Source of the DNA: a virus
Lineage: Duplodnaviria > Caudoviricetes
Reading direction: 5' to 3' (one strand)
IMG/VR virus record: IMGVR_UViG_2903468256_000002
Coordinates: 16,676 to 80,675 of that record
Length of the DNA: 64,000 nt
In this document: piece after piece, positions 18,050-28,278 of the stretch
Position numbering within the stretch: the first letter of the stretch is position 1
Layout of the letters: each line of letters opens with the position of its first letter
Notes under the pieces: generated by a model
What the model was told of the DNA's origin: nothing
The model's database searches: none
What the model saw: only the letters and a program-made list of their open reading frames with translations
Translations under genes and position numbers: made by a program

Positions 18050-18391
18050 ATGATCAAACTGCTTGCGGAAACCAAGGGCTCCTTCCAGCTCCACGACCTG
18101 GCCCACAAGGGTCAGCGAATTCACGCTCGTCGACCGAGCGTCATCGAAAACTCGCACTTCATCCAGGATCGCATCGGCCGCGGCCAGGTGCGGATCATCT
18201 CCGAGCTCAAGCCGGAGGCGGCCGACGCTGACTTCGTCGCCTACATGAAGGAGAGCGAAGGTGATGAACAGCTGGCGATCGACGCCTTCCTGGCGGAATT
18301 CGGCGGGGAAGCCGTCGAACAGCCGATCAAGAAGAAGCGCGGCGCCAACAAGCCGAAATCCGACGAGATGCCCAACCTGGAAGACGCCTGA
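18050..18391 (+). CDS. Hypothetical head-module protein
   Basis: 113 aa, GAGGA SD, synteny. Confidence 0.7.
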   Translation: MIKLLAETKGSFQLHDLAHKGQRIHARRPSVIENSHFIQDRIGRGQVRIISELKPEAADADFVAYMKESEGDEQLAIDAFLAEFGGEAVEQPIKKKRGANKPKSDEMPNLEDA

Positions 18392-19101
18392 TGCGTACCT
18401 TTGAGGCCGGCCGGGACGTCACTCTCCCGGTCAACCTTTTCTACAACGGCCAGCCTGCCGTCCCGGATGCCGGGACGGCAGTTCTGTCTGTGGCCGACCC
18501 CGGCGGCGCGGTGATCTACACCGAGGATCTGGTGACTGGTCCGACCGACGTCGTGATCCTCGTGACGATCCCTGCCGAACACAACCAGATCTCCACGTCC
18601 TTCGCCCGTCGCATCGTGAGAATTTCTGCGGCGCGCTCCGGCGTCCCCTTTGACTCCATCACCGCGTACCGGCTTGTGCCGACCATCCTCTACACCGTCC
18701 AACCCAAAGACGTTCGGTCTTTTCTGGGTGTCAACGAGAGTGAGCTGCCGGACGAGGACGTGGATCTCTCGGGCGCCCTTCTGAACCTTGAATTCTCGGT
18801 CTCGCGCACGACCCTGGCCGCCGCCCTGACATCTGGTGAAGAGGCCGAGCTGCGGGCCAACGAGGCGATCCTGTATCGTACCGTCCTGGACATCATCCCA
18901 TCACTCGCCAACCGAGTGGCCATGGAAGAGACGGACGGCGCACTCAGCTTCCGCCGGAACGCCCGCAAGGACTTCTCTGAGCTGAAGGCCGCTGCGGAGA
19001 GCCGGCTGTCGGCCGCCATGGCTGTCATCAGCCCCACGATCGACCCGGGTTACGCGATCCTGATCACGACGGCCGACGCCGACCCGATCACGGGTGCATA
19101 A
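18391..19101 (+). CDS. Head-tail adaptor
   Basis: DVRSFLGVNESELPDEDV pattern; position after capsid. Confidence 0.65.
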   Translation: MRTFEAGRDVTLPVNLFYNGQPAVPDAGTAVLSVADPGGAVIYTEDLVTGPTDVVILVTIPAEHNQISTSFARRIVRISAARSGVPFDSITAYRLVPTILYTVQPKDVRSFLGVNESELPDEDVDLSGALLNLEFSVSRTTLAAALTSGEEAELRANEAILYRTVLDIIPSLANRVAMEETDGALSFRRNARKDFSELKAAAESRLSAAMAVISPTIDPGYAILITTADADPITGA

Positions 19102-19637
19102 TGGCCAGCCTTCACACCGCCGCCCGCCGGTTCCAGACGCTGATCTACAAGGAGAATGGCCAGCCCTTCAACGGCACCATCATGCCGGTCGACGACGGCA
19201 AGGTGCCGACCTACGACTTCTCGTCGCCCCGCCTGCTGCTTCGTACAATCGTTGATGGTGTGGTCAAGCCGCGCGACGTCATCCTGGACAGCCTGGGTCG
19301 TCGCTTCATCGTCGCCAACAATGGCTATTCGACCTACGGCGACCAGTTCAGCTGGCGCCTATTCCAGGTACTGGCCGACCTGGCCTGGAAACGAAAGGCC
19401 GGCGCGACGGACACGCTGACGGGCCTGAAGCGCGCACAGCCGTCCCAGGACCTCGGCATGATCCCTTGCACGGTCGAGATGACCGGCCGCGAGTATCCCG
19501 AGCCGGCCACCAATCTGTCGGAAGAGACCCGCCGGATCGTCACCTCGGTTCAGCTGCAGCTCGGCGATCAGGTCGACGACGCCGTCGTGCGCCGGATCGA
19601 CACGGCGCTCGGGGTTACCTATGCCGAGATCCGCTAA
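19101..19637 (+). CDS. Head closure / stopper protein
   Basis: Beta-rich 178 aa, synteny. Confidence 0.55.
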   Translation: MASLHTAARRFQTLIYKENGQPFNGTIMPVDDGKVPTYDFSSPRLLLRTIVDGVVKPRDVILDSLGRRFIVANNGYSTYGDQFSWRLFQVLADLAWKRKAGATDTLTGLKRAQPSQDLGMIPCTVEMTGREYPEPATNLSEETRRIVTSVQLQLGDQVDDAVVRRIDTALGVTYAEIR

Positions 19638-20601
19638 GGCCAAAATCACAGCTACCCTCACGAAGCATGGGTCGTCGGTCCCAGGCGGCACCGCCTCAGC
19701 CTCGGTCGGCCGGTCGGTGAACCAGTTCGTGACCTCCGACATGGGCAAGCTCCCCAGCATCGTCGCTGCCAATCTAGCCAGGACGATCGAGCGGTCGAAC
19801 CGCACGAATTTCTTTGCCACCAAGGCCGAGACGCTGGCGAAGCGGATCTCGGACGGCATCGACGCAGAGCTCCGCAAGATCGGCCAGTTCATTAGTTCCG
19901 AGCTGATCGGCATCCATTCGGAGACTGAGTACGGCGGCAAGACGTCACTCGAAATTGATGAGTTCGACGAGGCTGGCATCATGGTGGACTGGCGCAATCT
20001 GGCCAACATCACCCGGCGCAAGAAGACCGCCAACAAGGACAAGTTCTTCCTGCACACCTCGGCGCTTCGCTCCGAGATCCGAGCAAAGGCCGGTCCTGGG
20101 CTGGTCAACCTGAACTCCGGTTTCAAGTCCCGAGGAGGGAGCGGAGTGGTCAGCTACGGGTGCGTGACGATCCGTCCTTCCTACTACACTGACGACACAG
20201 GCAAGCGCGTCTACAAGATCGCCGACATCTCCATCAATCTCCTGGCCGGCGCCCCCGCCAGCGCAGCGCGCGCCGTGTTGACCCAGCAAGTGTTCAACCA
20301 GAGCCATAGCGCCGCCGGCAACATGCCGGTGTTGGCCCGCCTGATGGGTCTAAGCGAGAGCGCGATCAAGAAACTGGAGGGTGGAGTGATCGACCGCAAC
20401 CGCATCAAGCGGAGAAACCGGAGTGGCTTCAAGATCGGGTCAGTGGAGAACACATTCACCGGCGATCGCATGAACTTCTACAGGCCGATGCTCGAGCCGT
20501 CCCTTGCATACTTTTTCCAGAAAAGAGTCCCAGCCGCGGTTGAGAAAGCCCTGAACCGCTATTCGATCGGCAAGATCCGTCAGTACGGAGGTAACTCGTG
20601 A
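19621..20601 (+). CDS. Neck / tail completion protein
   Basis: Basic 326 aa ending FYRPMLEPSL (HK97 gp10-like ending); synteny. Confidence 0.5.
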   Translation: MPRSAKAKITATLTKHGSSVPGGTASASVGRSVNQFVTSDMGKLPSIVAANLARTIERSNRTNFFATKAETLAKRISDGIDAELRKIGQFISSELIGIHSETEYGGKTSLEIDEFDEAGIMVDWRNLANITRRKKTANKDKFFLHTSALRSEIRAKAGPGLVNLNSGFKSRGGSGVVSYGCVTIRPSYYTDDTGKRVYKIADISINLLAGAPASAARAVLTQQVFNQSHSAAGNMPVLARLMGLSESAIKKLEGGVIDRNRIKRRNRSGFKIGSVENTFTGDRMNFYRPMLEPSLAYFFQKRVPAAVEKALNRYSIGKIRQYGGNS

Positions 20602-21047
20602 GCTACATGAATGTCTGGACGTCCCTGGCGGCGTACGTGAACCAGCAGATCCAGATGATCGCCGCCAACGGCATCACGCCGGCCGAGAGTATGCTGATGT
20701 TCGATTGGGAGGATCACGCCAACATCGAAGAGGCACCGGCGAAGCACCTGATCGGTCCCGCCTCACTCGCGCTCGACGAGATCTCCAACGGGATATACAG
20801 CGCTACGTTCGTGATCGGCGTCGGCTCCTTCAGCGACGACGGTCTCTTCGTCCACCGCCGGATGGTGGACTTTCTCTTCAAGTCATTGATGTCAGGAACG
20901 CGGCTGTCGGTCTTCGACAGCCAAACTGAGCAGGCCTACAGCTGGCTCAAGATCGTAGACGGGACGTCGGTCGCCCCGATGACCAAGGCTAACACCAGAG
21001 CCTTGCAGTTCATTCAAGCCGAGGCGTTGGTCGACCCTATGGTATAG
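20598..21047 (+). CDS. Tail terminator protein
   Basis: 149 aa immediately before tail tube; synteny. Confidence 0.55.
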   Translation: MSYMNVWTSLAAYVNQQIQMIAANGITPAESMLMFDWEDHANIEEAPAKHLIGPASLALDEISNGIYSATFVIGVGSFSDDGLFVHRRMVDFLFKSLMSGTRLSVFDSQTEQAYSWLKIVDGTSVAPMTKANTRALQFIQAEALVDPMV

Positions 21048-21205
21048 TGGGCCTGCAAGATGGCCCGGTTGGTCTCGTCTTCTTGAGCGAGAGCCGTCTC
21101 AATAAGCGTGACGATTTCAGCGGACAAGGATCGACGGAGAAAGGTTGAACGGCGCTCCAGGAGCTCCTTCAACTCGTCGTCCACGTTTACAGTAATGCGC
21201 TTCAT
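21014..21205 (-). CDS. Ribbon-helix-helix (Arc/CopG-like) DNA-binding protein, antisense within the tail operon
   Basis: MKRITVNVDDELKELLERRSTFLRRSLSAEIVTLIETAL: alternating beta strand plus two helices. Confidence 0.75.
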   Translation of the reverse strand: MKRITVNVDDELKELLERRSTFLRRSLSAEIVTLIETALAQEDETNRAILQAHYTIGSTNASA

Positions 21206-21215
21206 TTTACACCAT

Positions 21216-21227
21216 TGTGCTGCACAG
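21216..21227. promoter_or_regulatory. Motif B site / palindrome TGTGC-T-GCACA
   Basis: 11 nt upstream of the RHH start and upstream of the tail tube gene. Confidence 0.55.
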
Positions 21228-21311
21228 GTTCGTTGCTCATGTAGGTGGTGGTGCCCACCTAACAAGCGCGATTGAAAGATCATTCTGCGCCGATTTCAAA
21301 AGGAGCACTCC

Positions 21312-22109
21312 ATGGCCGGTAACGCCAAAACGAATAAGTTTATGCTTTCGACGGCGACCGTCATGCTTGGCGCCCTCGCTGACCTTCACAAGCTGAACCC
21401 GATGGAACATTCGATCGGCCTCGTGAAGAACTTCCAGCTGACCGGCGAAGCCGCGTACACCGAGCTGACCCAGGGCATCCGCAACGCGGTCGTCATGTCT
21501 GTCCGCACGGGCGAAGGTCTCAAGACCTCGTGCGAGGTCTACGAGTTCACGGCGAAGAACCTCGCCTACGCCGCCGGCCTCGACGCGTCGGGCGCCACTT
21601 ACGAGACCGTGGATGAACTGTCGGCTCTCAAGACCGCGACCGACGCTGATGGCGACACGCTGGTTCTGGCCACCGCGCCGACCACGCCGCTCGTCGCCGG
21701 CGACTACATCTTCGTCCAGAAGGGCCAGGACGACTATGTCCACGTCGCCAAGGTCGCTTCGTATGTCTCGACCGTCGACCCGACGATCACGCTGGCCGAG
21801 GGCTTCGAAGTCCCGACCGGCATGACCTTCCCGGTCGGTGCCCGTATCGGCCGTCTGATGCGTGTCGACATCGGCCAGAACGTGACCCAGCCGGACCTGG
21901 CCTGCAAGGTCACCGGCATTCTGCCGAAGGACAACACACCCTTCACCATCCTTCTGCCGAAGGTGAAGGTTACCCGCGGTCTCGGCATCTCCTTCGCGTC
22001 GGACAACTTTTCGAACATGCCGTTCGAAATGCAGCCCTACGAGATGGTCACGACCGATCCCTTCTACGGGGAATACGGTCAGGGCCAGGCGGTTCTTCTG
22101 GCCCGCTAA
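21312..22109 (+). CDS. Major tail tube protein
   Basis: 265 aa, strong codon bias, AGGAG SD, followed by terminator and chaperones; no sheath gene present. Confidence 0.8.
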   Translation: MAGNAKTNKFMLSTATVMLGALADLHKLNPMEHSIGLVKNFQLTGEAAYTELTQGIRNAVVMSVRTGEGLKTSCEVYEFTAKNLAYAAGLDASGATYETVDELSALKTATDADGDTLVLATAPTTPLVAGDYIFVQKGQDDYVHVAKVASYVSTVDPTITLAEGFEVPTGMTFPVGARIGRLMRVDIGQNVTQPDLACKVTGILPKDNTPFTILLPKVKVTRGLGISFASDNFSNMPFEMQPYEMVTTDPFYGEYGQGQAVLLAR

Positions 22110-22132
22110 TTTCCAAAACTGCGTAGAACAAG

Positions 22133-22172
22133 ACCTCGCCCGTGACTACATCACGGGCGAGGTTTTTCTTTT
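22133..22172 (+). terminator. Rho-independent terminator after tail tube
   Basis: 13-bp stem ACCTCGCCCGTGA/TCACGGGCGAGGT plus TTTTCTTTT. Confidence 0.85.
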
Positions 22173-22185
22173 CTAGGAGCACTGA

Positions 22186-22599
22186 ATGTCCGACGTACAG
22201 GACCGTATCGAGATCACACAAGACGGCGAAACACGCGAGATCTTCATGTCCTTCGGGCTGCTGAACGAGGTCACCACGTTGATGGGTGAACCGGCAACTG
22301 CTGCCAGTGTTTATTTCGCCCCCAAGCTTCGTGAGCAGGTGCTCCTTGCAGCGCTCCACAAGCGTACCAAGACGGGCAAAGTCGAGGCGCCGATTGGATC
22401 GCTCGACGATGTCGAGATCTCGATGTCTGACATGGAAGCCCTCCTGGCATGGGAGGTCGATCACGCCATCGGTTTTTTCACAAGATCTATGGATCGGGTG
22501 GTGAAGTTGAAGGGGGACCTCGAAAGTCTCAATCAGGGCGCGTCTTCACTGAATGGGTCTCCAGTCTCTCCTTCGAAGAAGCAATCATCTGGACGCTGA
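22186..22599 (+). CDS. Tail assembly chaperone (G-like)
   Basis: Between tail tube and tape measure; contains in-frame slippery site GGT TTT TTC. Confidence 0.75.
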   Translation: MSDVQDRIEITQDGETREIFMSFGLLNEVTTLMGEPATAASVYFAPKLREQVLLAALHKRTKTGKVEAPIGSLDDVEISMSDMEALLAWEVDHAIGFFTRSMDRVVKLKGDLESLNQGASSLNGSPVSPSKKQSSGR

Positions 22600-22850
22600 A
22601 GGTGAAGCCAAGCGATCTGCGCGAGGTCTACTGGGATCACACCTACAAGGACCTCGTCACGATCGTCCGGCTGAACACGGAAGGGAAGGTAGCGGAACTC
22701 GGTCAGCACTTTGACAACCTGGCAACGGTGGTGTCGAAGGCTCTCGGTGGCTCCGACGATGACGATGCCGATGAAGACGTCACAGTGATCGAAAGCTGGG
22801 ACGACCTCGCGGCAGCATTTAGAACGCTAGGGGGTCAAGTTGGCGCTTGA
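22473..22850 (+). CDS. Tail assembly chaperone GT extension reached by -1 frameshift
   Basis: T TTT TTC heptamer at 22473-22479 in X XXY YYZ phase; -1 frame open to 22850 (FFHKIYG...). Confidence 0.7.
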   Translation, partial: FFHKIYGSGGEVEGGPRKSQSGRVFTEWVSSLSFEEAIIWTLKVKPSDLREVYWDHTYKDLVTIVRLNTEGKVAELGQHFDNLATVVSKALGGSDDDDADEDVTVIESWDDLAAAFRTLGGQVGA

Positions 22851-25800
22851 GCAGAACGATATCCGGTACGGCGTCGACATCGACCTGCAGGATAGTCTTC
22901 AAGCAATCGACAAATTCCAGGGTAAGCTGCGATCCTTCGGCGACGACCTGGCCGTCAGCGCCACCCAGGTCCAGCAGCAGATGCGCAAGGCGGCGCAGGA
23001 ATACGTCTCCTACATCCGCAAGCTGGAAAGCGAGATCAACTCCCTGAAAAAGCAGGGGCAGGACACCTCCGCGCACGATGCGCGCCTGTCCCAGATCCGC
23101 AACCGTCAGCGCTCGGCGCCGGCCGCCGTAGCCGGCGACTACGCGAGAGGCTCGGAACAGTCCCAGGCTAACCGCGCTGTCTTCCAGCGCGAGATCAACG
23201 AGATGAAGTCCACCACCAACCAGTTGGTGGGCAAATACTTCGACGAGTTGAACGCCACCTACCTCAAGTCCGTCAAGCGCTCGCTCACCAATCTGCAAAG
23301 TGAGGAGACACTTCTCCGCAGTCGGATGAACGACCGCAACTCGCGCGCGACCATGGGTGACGCCGCCTACGGCTTCATGAAGCAAGGCGAGCGCCGGAAC
23401 CTCAACGGCGGCGCCAACCAGTTCCTGTCCCAGGCCGGCATCCTGAACAACTACGCCCTGGTCGGTGGTGCCTACAGCGCCGCCTTCAGCCTTGGCAACT
23501 TCATCACCAAGCTGGACGAGCAGTTCAAGCAGTTCCAGGCGATCACCGCCTCGACCAACAGCGAAATGGGGCTGATGGAAGACCGGCTCCTCTCGGTGTC
23601 GGAGAAGACCAAATTCACAGCCAACGAGATCGCCGAAGCCGCGACCCTGATGGGTCAGGCCGGTCTGTCGGCCGGCGAGGTCTCCGCATCGATCGAGCCA
23701 GTCGCCAAGCTGGCGACCGCCGCCGGCACCGAGCTGAAGGACGCCGTCGATCTCGTCACCACCTCCCTGAACGTCTTCGGACTTCAGGCGGGCGAAGCCG
23801 GTCACCTGGCTGATGTCTACACCGCGGCCCTGAACGAGTCCAAGCTGACGCTCGACCAGCTGTCGGCCGCCATGCAGTACGCCGGCAACACGGCTGCAAC
23901 CGTTGGGGTCAGCTACAACGAACTGACCGCTGCGGTTGGTGCGCTCGCCAACGCCGGCATCCGCTCCGGCTCGACCATCGGCACCGGCCTTCGCCAGCTC
24001 CTGGTGGATCTGATCACGCCGTCCAAGAACCTGAAGGCCGAGCTTTCCCGCCTTGGCCTGTCGCTGGAAGACATCGACGTCAAGTCGCATGGCCTCTCGG
24101 GCGTCATGGAGAACCTCAAGAATGCGGGCTTCGACACCTCCAGCGCCTTCAGCGGCCTCGAGGTTCGCGCCGCCGCTGCCTACACAGCGCTCTCGAACAA
24201 TCTGGACACCATGTCGGAGCTCCGGCAGTCCTTCCTTCTGACGAACGCTGCCGCCGAGGCGAACGCGACCCAGATGGAGTCGCTCACCAACACCGCCAAG
24301 AACTTCGGCTCGAACCTCGGCGCCTTGGTCTACACGGCCTTCCAGCCTTTCATCCGCACCCTCCAGAACACGGTCTCCGCCGGGGCATCGGTGCTCGCCT
24401 GGCTGCGTGAGCTTCAGCCACTGGTCCAGATCGTGGGCACGACCTTCGCCACGCTGGTTTCAGCTTCGCTCCTGGTCAAGCTGGGCAGGCTGGTCGCCGG
24501 TCTAATCGGTATCGGCACGGCGGCGACCGGCGCGGCCGGCGCCATGGCGGCGCTCCGCGCGGCCACGTTGGGTAATCCGATCTTCCTCGGCGCCACTGCC
24601 TTGATTGTAGGTCTCCAGCTCCTGTCGACCTACGGGGACACCGTCGGACACGTGGCTTCGTCTCTCGACAAGCTCAAGACCGAGCAGAACGAATATCAGG
24701 CGTCAATCGACCAGACCAACGACCGGCTCACGAGCCTGTCCACGACCATGGACGACCTGGCCCTGAAGCAGAAGAACCTCGACAACGGCAGCGAGGTCCT
24801 GCGCAAGACCAAGATCATGGAGGTGCTGTCCACCTTCCAGGAACTGACCGGCAGTATCGACGCTTCGTCGGCCTCGGTCGCGGACCTGATCAAGGCCATG
24901 CAGACCCTCAAGGCCGAGATGATCAAGGGTCTGCCCGGACAGTTTGGCCTGCTGGTCGACAAGATTGATGAGAAGACCGGGCTGCTTCGCGAGGCCGCCT
25001 CCGATCAGGCGCGGGGCGACAGCTACTGGACGACCTCTCTCGGCGCTTCTCGGCGCTTCGGCGTCGGCGGCGCGGTCGAGACCCGAGACATCCCCTCCTA
25101 CAACGACAAGGTTGCCCAGGAGTTCGGCAAGGACATCGCTGAAGCCTTCCAGATGTCGACCAACCAGACGGATCTGGACAAGGTCGATGGACAGCGCGCC
25201 CAAGCCTTGGCGGTCATGCTTGAGCGGCTGATCCTCGGCACCGAGCGGAAGATCAAGCCTCTCGACGCGCGCAGCGGTTTCCTCGGCGTCGGCGGCGACC
25301 TGTCTGAAGACGAAAGCACACAGCTCTCCACCCTCAAGAAGAACCTCGACTTTCTGCAGTCGCTCAAGAAGGGCTTCGAGCCGATCTCCAACTACCTGGT
25401 GCAGATCCAGGCGGAGAAGGCCGATCGCTCCGTCCAGGTTTCCAAGCAGTCCGCTGCCTCGCTCCAGAACACCGCTGGCTATCAGGCGGGCGACCGGGCG
25501 AAGACCGAGACCAAGCAGTACCTGCAGAACCAGCTCGGTGAGATCATCAGCGCCGACCTTCCGATCGAGCAGACGAAGGCCGCTTACGACGACCTGGAGA
25601 CCGAGCTCAACAAGCGCATCGAGAAGATCAATGCCGATCTGAAGTCCGCGGCCGATGAGATGCGCAAGTCCGGAGAATTCAGCGAGAAGGAGATCGCGGA
25701 CGCGGTTAACGGCAGCGAGCTGAAGACCGACATCGCCGGCTTGCAGGGGGCGTTCAAGAAGGGCGCCGAGGGCTCGGTCAAGGCCTTCAAGAAGTTCCAG

Positions 25801-28278
25801 GCTTACATGATCGAGGAGGAACAGAAGAACGTCGAGAAGCAGGTCGCCGCGACAAAGAAGCAGCTCGGTGACGCTCAGAACGAACGCCAGGTCGATCTCC
25901 TGGAGAACCAGCTCTACGGCCTCGACACCAAGCTGGCAAAGCTGGAGCAGGATGCCTTTGACGCTGATCCCGACAAGGACGTCGGTACCAATGATGCCGA
26001 TCTGGAGCTGGCCAAGCGCAAGATCCGTGACGAGCAGAAGACCCGCCGTGATGACCTCGTCCAGTCGGTGATCGAGAAGCGCGCCGACCTGGCGAAAGCG
26101 GCCAACGAGACTTTCGACGACAACCTCAATGACCAGCTGAAGCGTGTTCAGGACGAGATGAAAAATCTCGCCCAGTCGATCGATAACAACTCGACCGAGG
26201 AATACATCAAGACGGTCAGGGACAAGCTGAACGAGCTCAACGAGAAGGCCAAGGCACTTGCCGGCCAGATCGCTGGTATCAACGTCGGTCAGGACTTCGG
26301 ATCGTTTGCTGTGGGTGGCTTGCCGACCGCGGGCGCCACCGACATCCAGCGCCAGATTATCGAGGCGGCCAACAAGGCCGGCATTCCCCCACAGATCGCG
26401 CTCGCTATCTCGTCCTTTGAGACGGGCGGTACCTTCGATCCGTCGTCGAAGAACCCGAACTCGTCTGCCGCCGGCCTGTTCCAGAACACGGACGACAACT
26501 GGGCGAGCCATGGGCTGCAGGCTGGTGATCGCAGCAGCATCTCCATGCAGATCTTCGCCGGTATTCAGGACATGCTGCGCACCCAAAAGGAGCTCGGGTC
26601 CACCCAGCTTTCCTTCAAGGATTACTACGGCTCGCACCTGCTCGGCCAGGGTGGCTACGGGAAGGTGTTGGCGAACCCGAACGCCAACGCAGTCGGCCTT
26701 CTTGGATCCGAGGCCGTCGCCGCCAACGGGGGCAACATCCAGCAGACCGCGTCCGAGTTCCTGGACATGGTCTACAAGAAGGCCGCGGTCCACCTCGAAA
26801 AGGTGAAAGGCATGGTCCAGAAGCCAATGGACGCTGCCGACGACGCCCTGACCACGCAGACCGACAATCTCACCGAGGGCGCGCGTGACGCCGTGCGCTC
26901 GGCCGGCGAGAAGATCCAGAAGAACCAGATCAAGACGGCCACCAAGCTGCTCGACAGCCAGGCCAAGGCGATCGAGGCCCAGATCAACACCCTGATGGTC
27001 CAGTCCTCCAAGGCTCAGGACCCACAGGCCCTCCAGTCGATCATCGATCAGGTGAAGGCGAAGTGGGCCGACATGACCGAGAAGGAGGTCGCCTCGTTCA
27101 CCAAGGCCAACAAGGGCACCGATGGTTTCGATGAGCGCCTCGCTGGTCTGAAGGATCAGCTGGAAAGCGGCCTGGGTGGCAAGATCGTCACGCTGCTCGA
27201 TCGCTACCAGCAGTCGATCGAGAACATGGAGTTCAAGCCGCTTGAGGACGCCCAGGCGAAGCTCCAGGCCGCGCAGAACCCACTGTATGCGAACAAGTTC
27301 TCCGACGTCCAGGTCCAGGGCATGCAGCATGACGTCCAGCTCCAGGAGCAGGCCGCCCAGCAGGAGCGCCTGAACCAGCTTGAGCAGCTCCACGCCTACA
27401 TCCTCCAGCAGGTGTCCGCGGCCGAGCAGCAGTACGGCGCCAACAGCCAGATGGTCCAGGCCCTCAAGGAGCGCCAGTACTCGGTCGAGCAGAGCCTGAC
27501 TGGCGTGCGCCGGCAGGCCACGGCTGACACCGAAGCAGCTGCCCAGGGCGAGATGACCTTGAGCCAGGCGATCGAGGCCGCCAACCGCGCCTGGATGCAG
27601 CGCAACGGCCTGATGGACGCCAATGGCAACTTCATCTCGTACGCGCAAAGGGCCGGTGAGGCTTGGGGCCAGGTGCTCGACGGTCTGACGAGCTCTATGT
27701 CCACGCTGTTCACGGATCTGGCGTCCGGCTCGATGTCGGCCGGCGAGGCCTTCAAGAAGTTCGGCCTGTCCGTCGTCCAGATGCTCATGCAGATGATCGC
27801 CAAGGCGCTCGTCTTCAACATGCTGCAAAATCTCATGGGTGGTGCAGATAGTGGCGGCGGTGGCGGCTTCCTCGGCATGTTGTTCGGTGGCGGGAACGCA
27901 ACCGGCCAGTACATCGCCGGCGTCAAGCGGGCCGCCAATGGCGAGATGATCACGGGCGCGAGCACGCCGTTCCGCGATAGCCAGCTCCGCATGGTCCAGC
28001 CTGGTGAGATGATCCTGCGCACCTCCGCCGTGAACCAGATCGGCCGGGACGCCCTGGAAAAGGTCAACGCGCTCGGCAACCGCCGGATGTCCGCTGGCAT
28101 GCCAACCTTGCCCGCCCAGCCCCCGGTCGATCAGCGCCCTATCAACGTCTGGGCGGTCCTGCCGGAAGAGAAGCCGCAGCTCGGGCCAGACGACGTGGTG
28201 GCCTACATCGGCGACGACATCCGCCGACGTGGCGTAACGCGCAAACTTATCCAGTCGATTGCTTCAGGGAAGATGTGA
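22840..28278 (+). CDS. Tape measure protein with lytic transglycosylase-like domain
   Basis: 1812 aa Ala-rich helical; TP901-type core (FTANEIAEAATLMGQAG...NAGIRSGSTIGTGLRQ); SLT-like IALAISSFETGG...SAAGLFQ near 26340-26800. Confidence 0.9.
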   Translation: MALEQNDIRYGVDIDLQDSLQAIDKFQGKLRSFGDDLAVSATQVQQQMRKAAQEYVSYIRKLESEINSLKKQGQDTSAHDARLSQIRNRQRSAPAAVAGDYARGSEQSQANRAVFQREINEMKSTTNQLVGKYFDELNATYLKSVKRSLTNLQSEETLLRSRMNDRNSRATMGDAAYGFMKQGERRNLNGGANQFLSQAGILNNYALVGGAYSAAFSLGNFITKLDEQFKQFQAITASTNSEMGLMEDRLLSVSEKTKFTANEIAEAATLMGQAGLSAGEVSASIEPVAKLATAAGTELKDAVDLVTTSLNVFGLQAGEAGHLADVYTAALNESKLTLDQLSAAMQYAGNTAATVGVSYNELTAAVGALANAGIRSGSTIGTGLRQLLVDLITPSKNLKAELSRLGLSLEDIDVKSHGLSGVMENLKNAGFDTSSAFSGLEVRAAAAYTALSNNLDTMSELRQSFLLTNAAAEANATQMESLTNTAKNFGSNLGALVYTAFQPFIRTLQNTVSAGASVLAWLRELQPLVQIVGTTFATLVSASLLVKLGRLVAGLIGIGTAATGAAGAMAALRAATLGNPIFLGATALIVGLQLLSTYGDTVGHVASSLDKLKTEQNEYQASIDQTNDRLTSLSTTMDDLALKQKNLDNGSEVLRKTKIMEVLSTFQELTGSIDASSASVADLIKAMQTLKAEMIKGLPGQFGLLVDKIDEKTGLLREAASDQARGDSYWTTSLGASRRFGVGGAVETRDIPSYNDKVAQEFGKDIAEAFQMSTNQTDLDKVDGQRAQALAVMLERLILGTERKIKPLDARSGFLGVGGDLSEDESTQLSTLKKNLDFLQSLKKGFEPISNYLVQIQAEKADRSVQVSKQSAASLQNTAGYQAGDRAKTETKQYLQNQLGEIISADLPIEQTKAAYDDLETELNKRIEKINADLKSAADEMRKSGEFSEKEIADAVNGSELKTDIAGLQGAFKKGAEGSVKAFKKFQAYMIEEEQKNVEKQVAATKKQLGDAQNERQVDLLENQLYGLDTKLAKLEQDAFDADPDKDVGTNDADLELAKRKIRDEQKTRRDDLVQSVIEKRADLAKAANETFDDNLNDQLKRVQDEMKNLAQSIDNNSTEEYIKTVRDKLNELNEKAKALAGQIAGINVGQDFGSFAVGGLPTAGATDIQRQIIEAANKAGIPPQIALAISSFETGGTFDPSSKNPNSSAAGLFQNTDDNWASHGLQAGDRSSISMQIFAGIQDMLRTQKELGSTQLSFKDYYGSHLLGQGGYGKVLANPNANAVGLLGSEAVAANGGNIQQTASEFLDMVYKKAAVHLEKVKGMVQKPMDAADDALTTQTDNLTEGARDAVRSAGEKIQKNQIKTATKLLDSQAKAIEAQINTLMVQSSKAQDPQALQSIIDQVKAKWADMTEKEVASFTKANKGTDGFDERLAGLKDQLESGLGGKIVTLLDRYQQSIENMEFKPLEDAQAKLQAAQNPLYANKFSDVQVQGMQHDVQLQEQAAQQERLNQLEQLHAYILQQVSAAEQQYGANSQMVQALKERQYSVEQSLTGVRRQATADTEAAAQGEMTLSQAIEAANRAWMQRNGLMDANGNFISYAQRAGEAWGQVLDGLTSSMSTLFTDLASGSMSAGEAFKKFGLSVVQMLMQMIAKALVFNMLQNLMGGADSGGGGGFLGMLFGGGNATGQYIAGVKRAANGEMITGASTPFRDSQLRMVQPGEMILRTSAVNQIGRDALEKVNALGNRRMSAGMPTLPAQPPVDQRPINVWAVLPEEKPQLGPDDVVAYIGDDIRRRGVTRKLIQSIASGKM

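Noticed and set aside
24703-27828. 1041-aa minus-strand ORF, and similar long antisense ORFs (5805-7310, 12393-14270, 32060-34285, 41247-43331, 54763-57282)
   Set aside because: Shadow ORFs opposite real GC3-rich genes; typical stop-poor antisense frames with no recognisable motifs.
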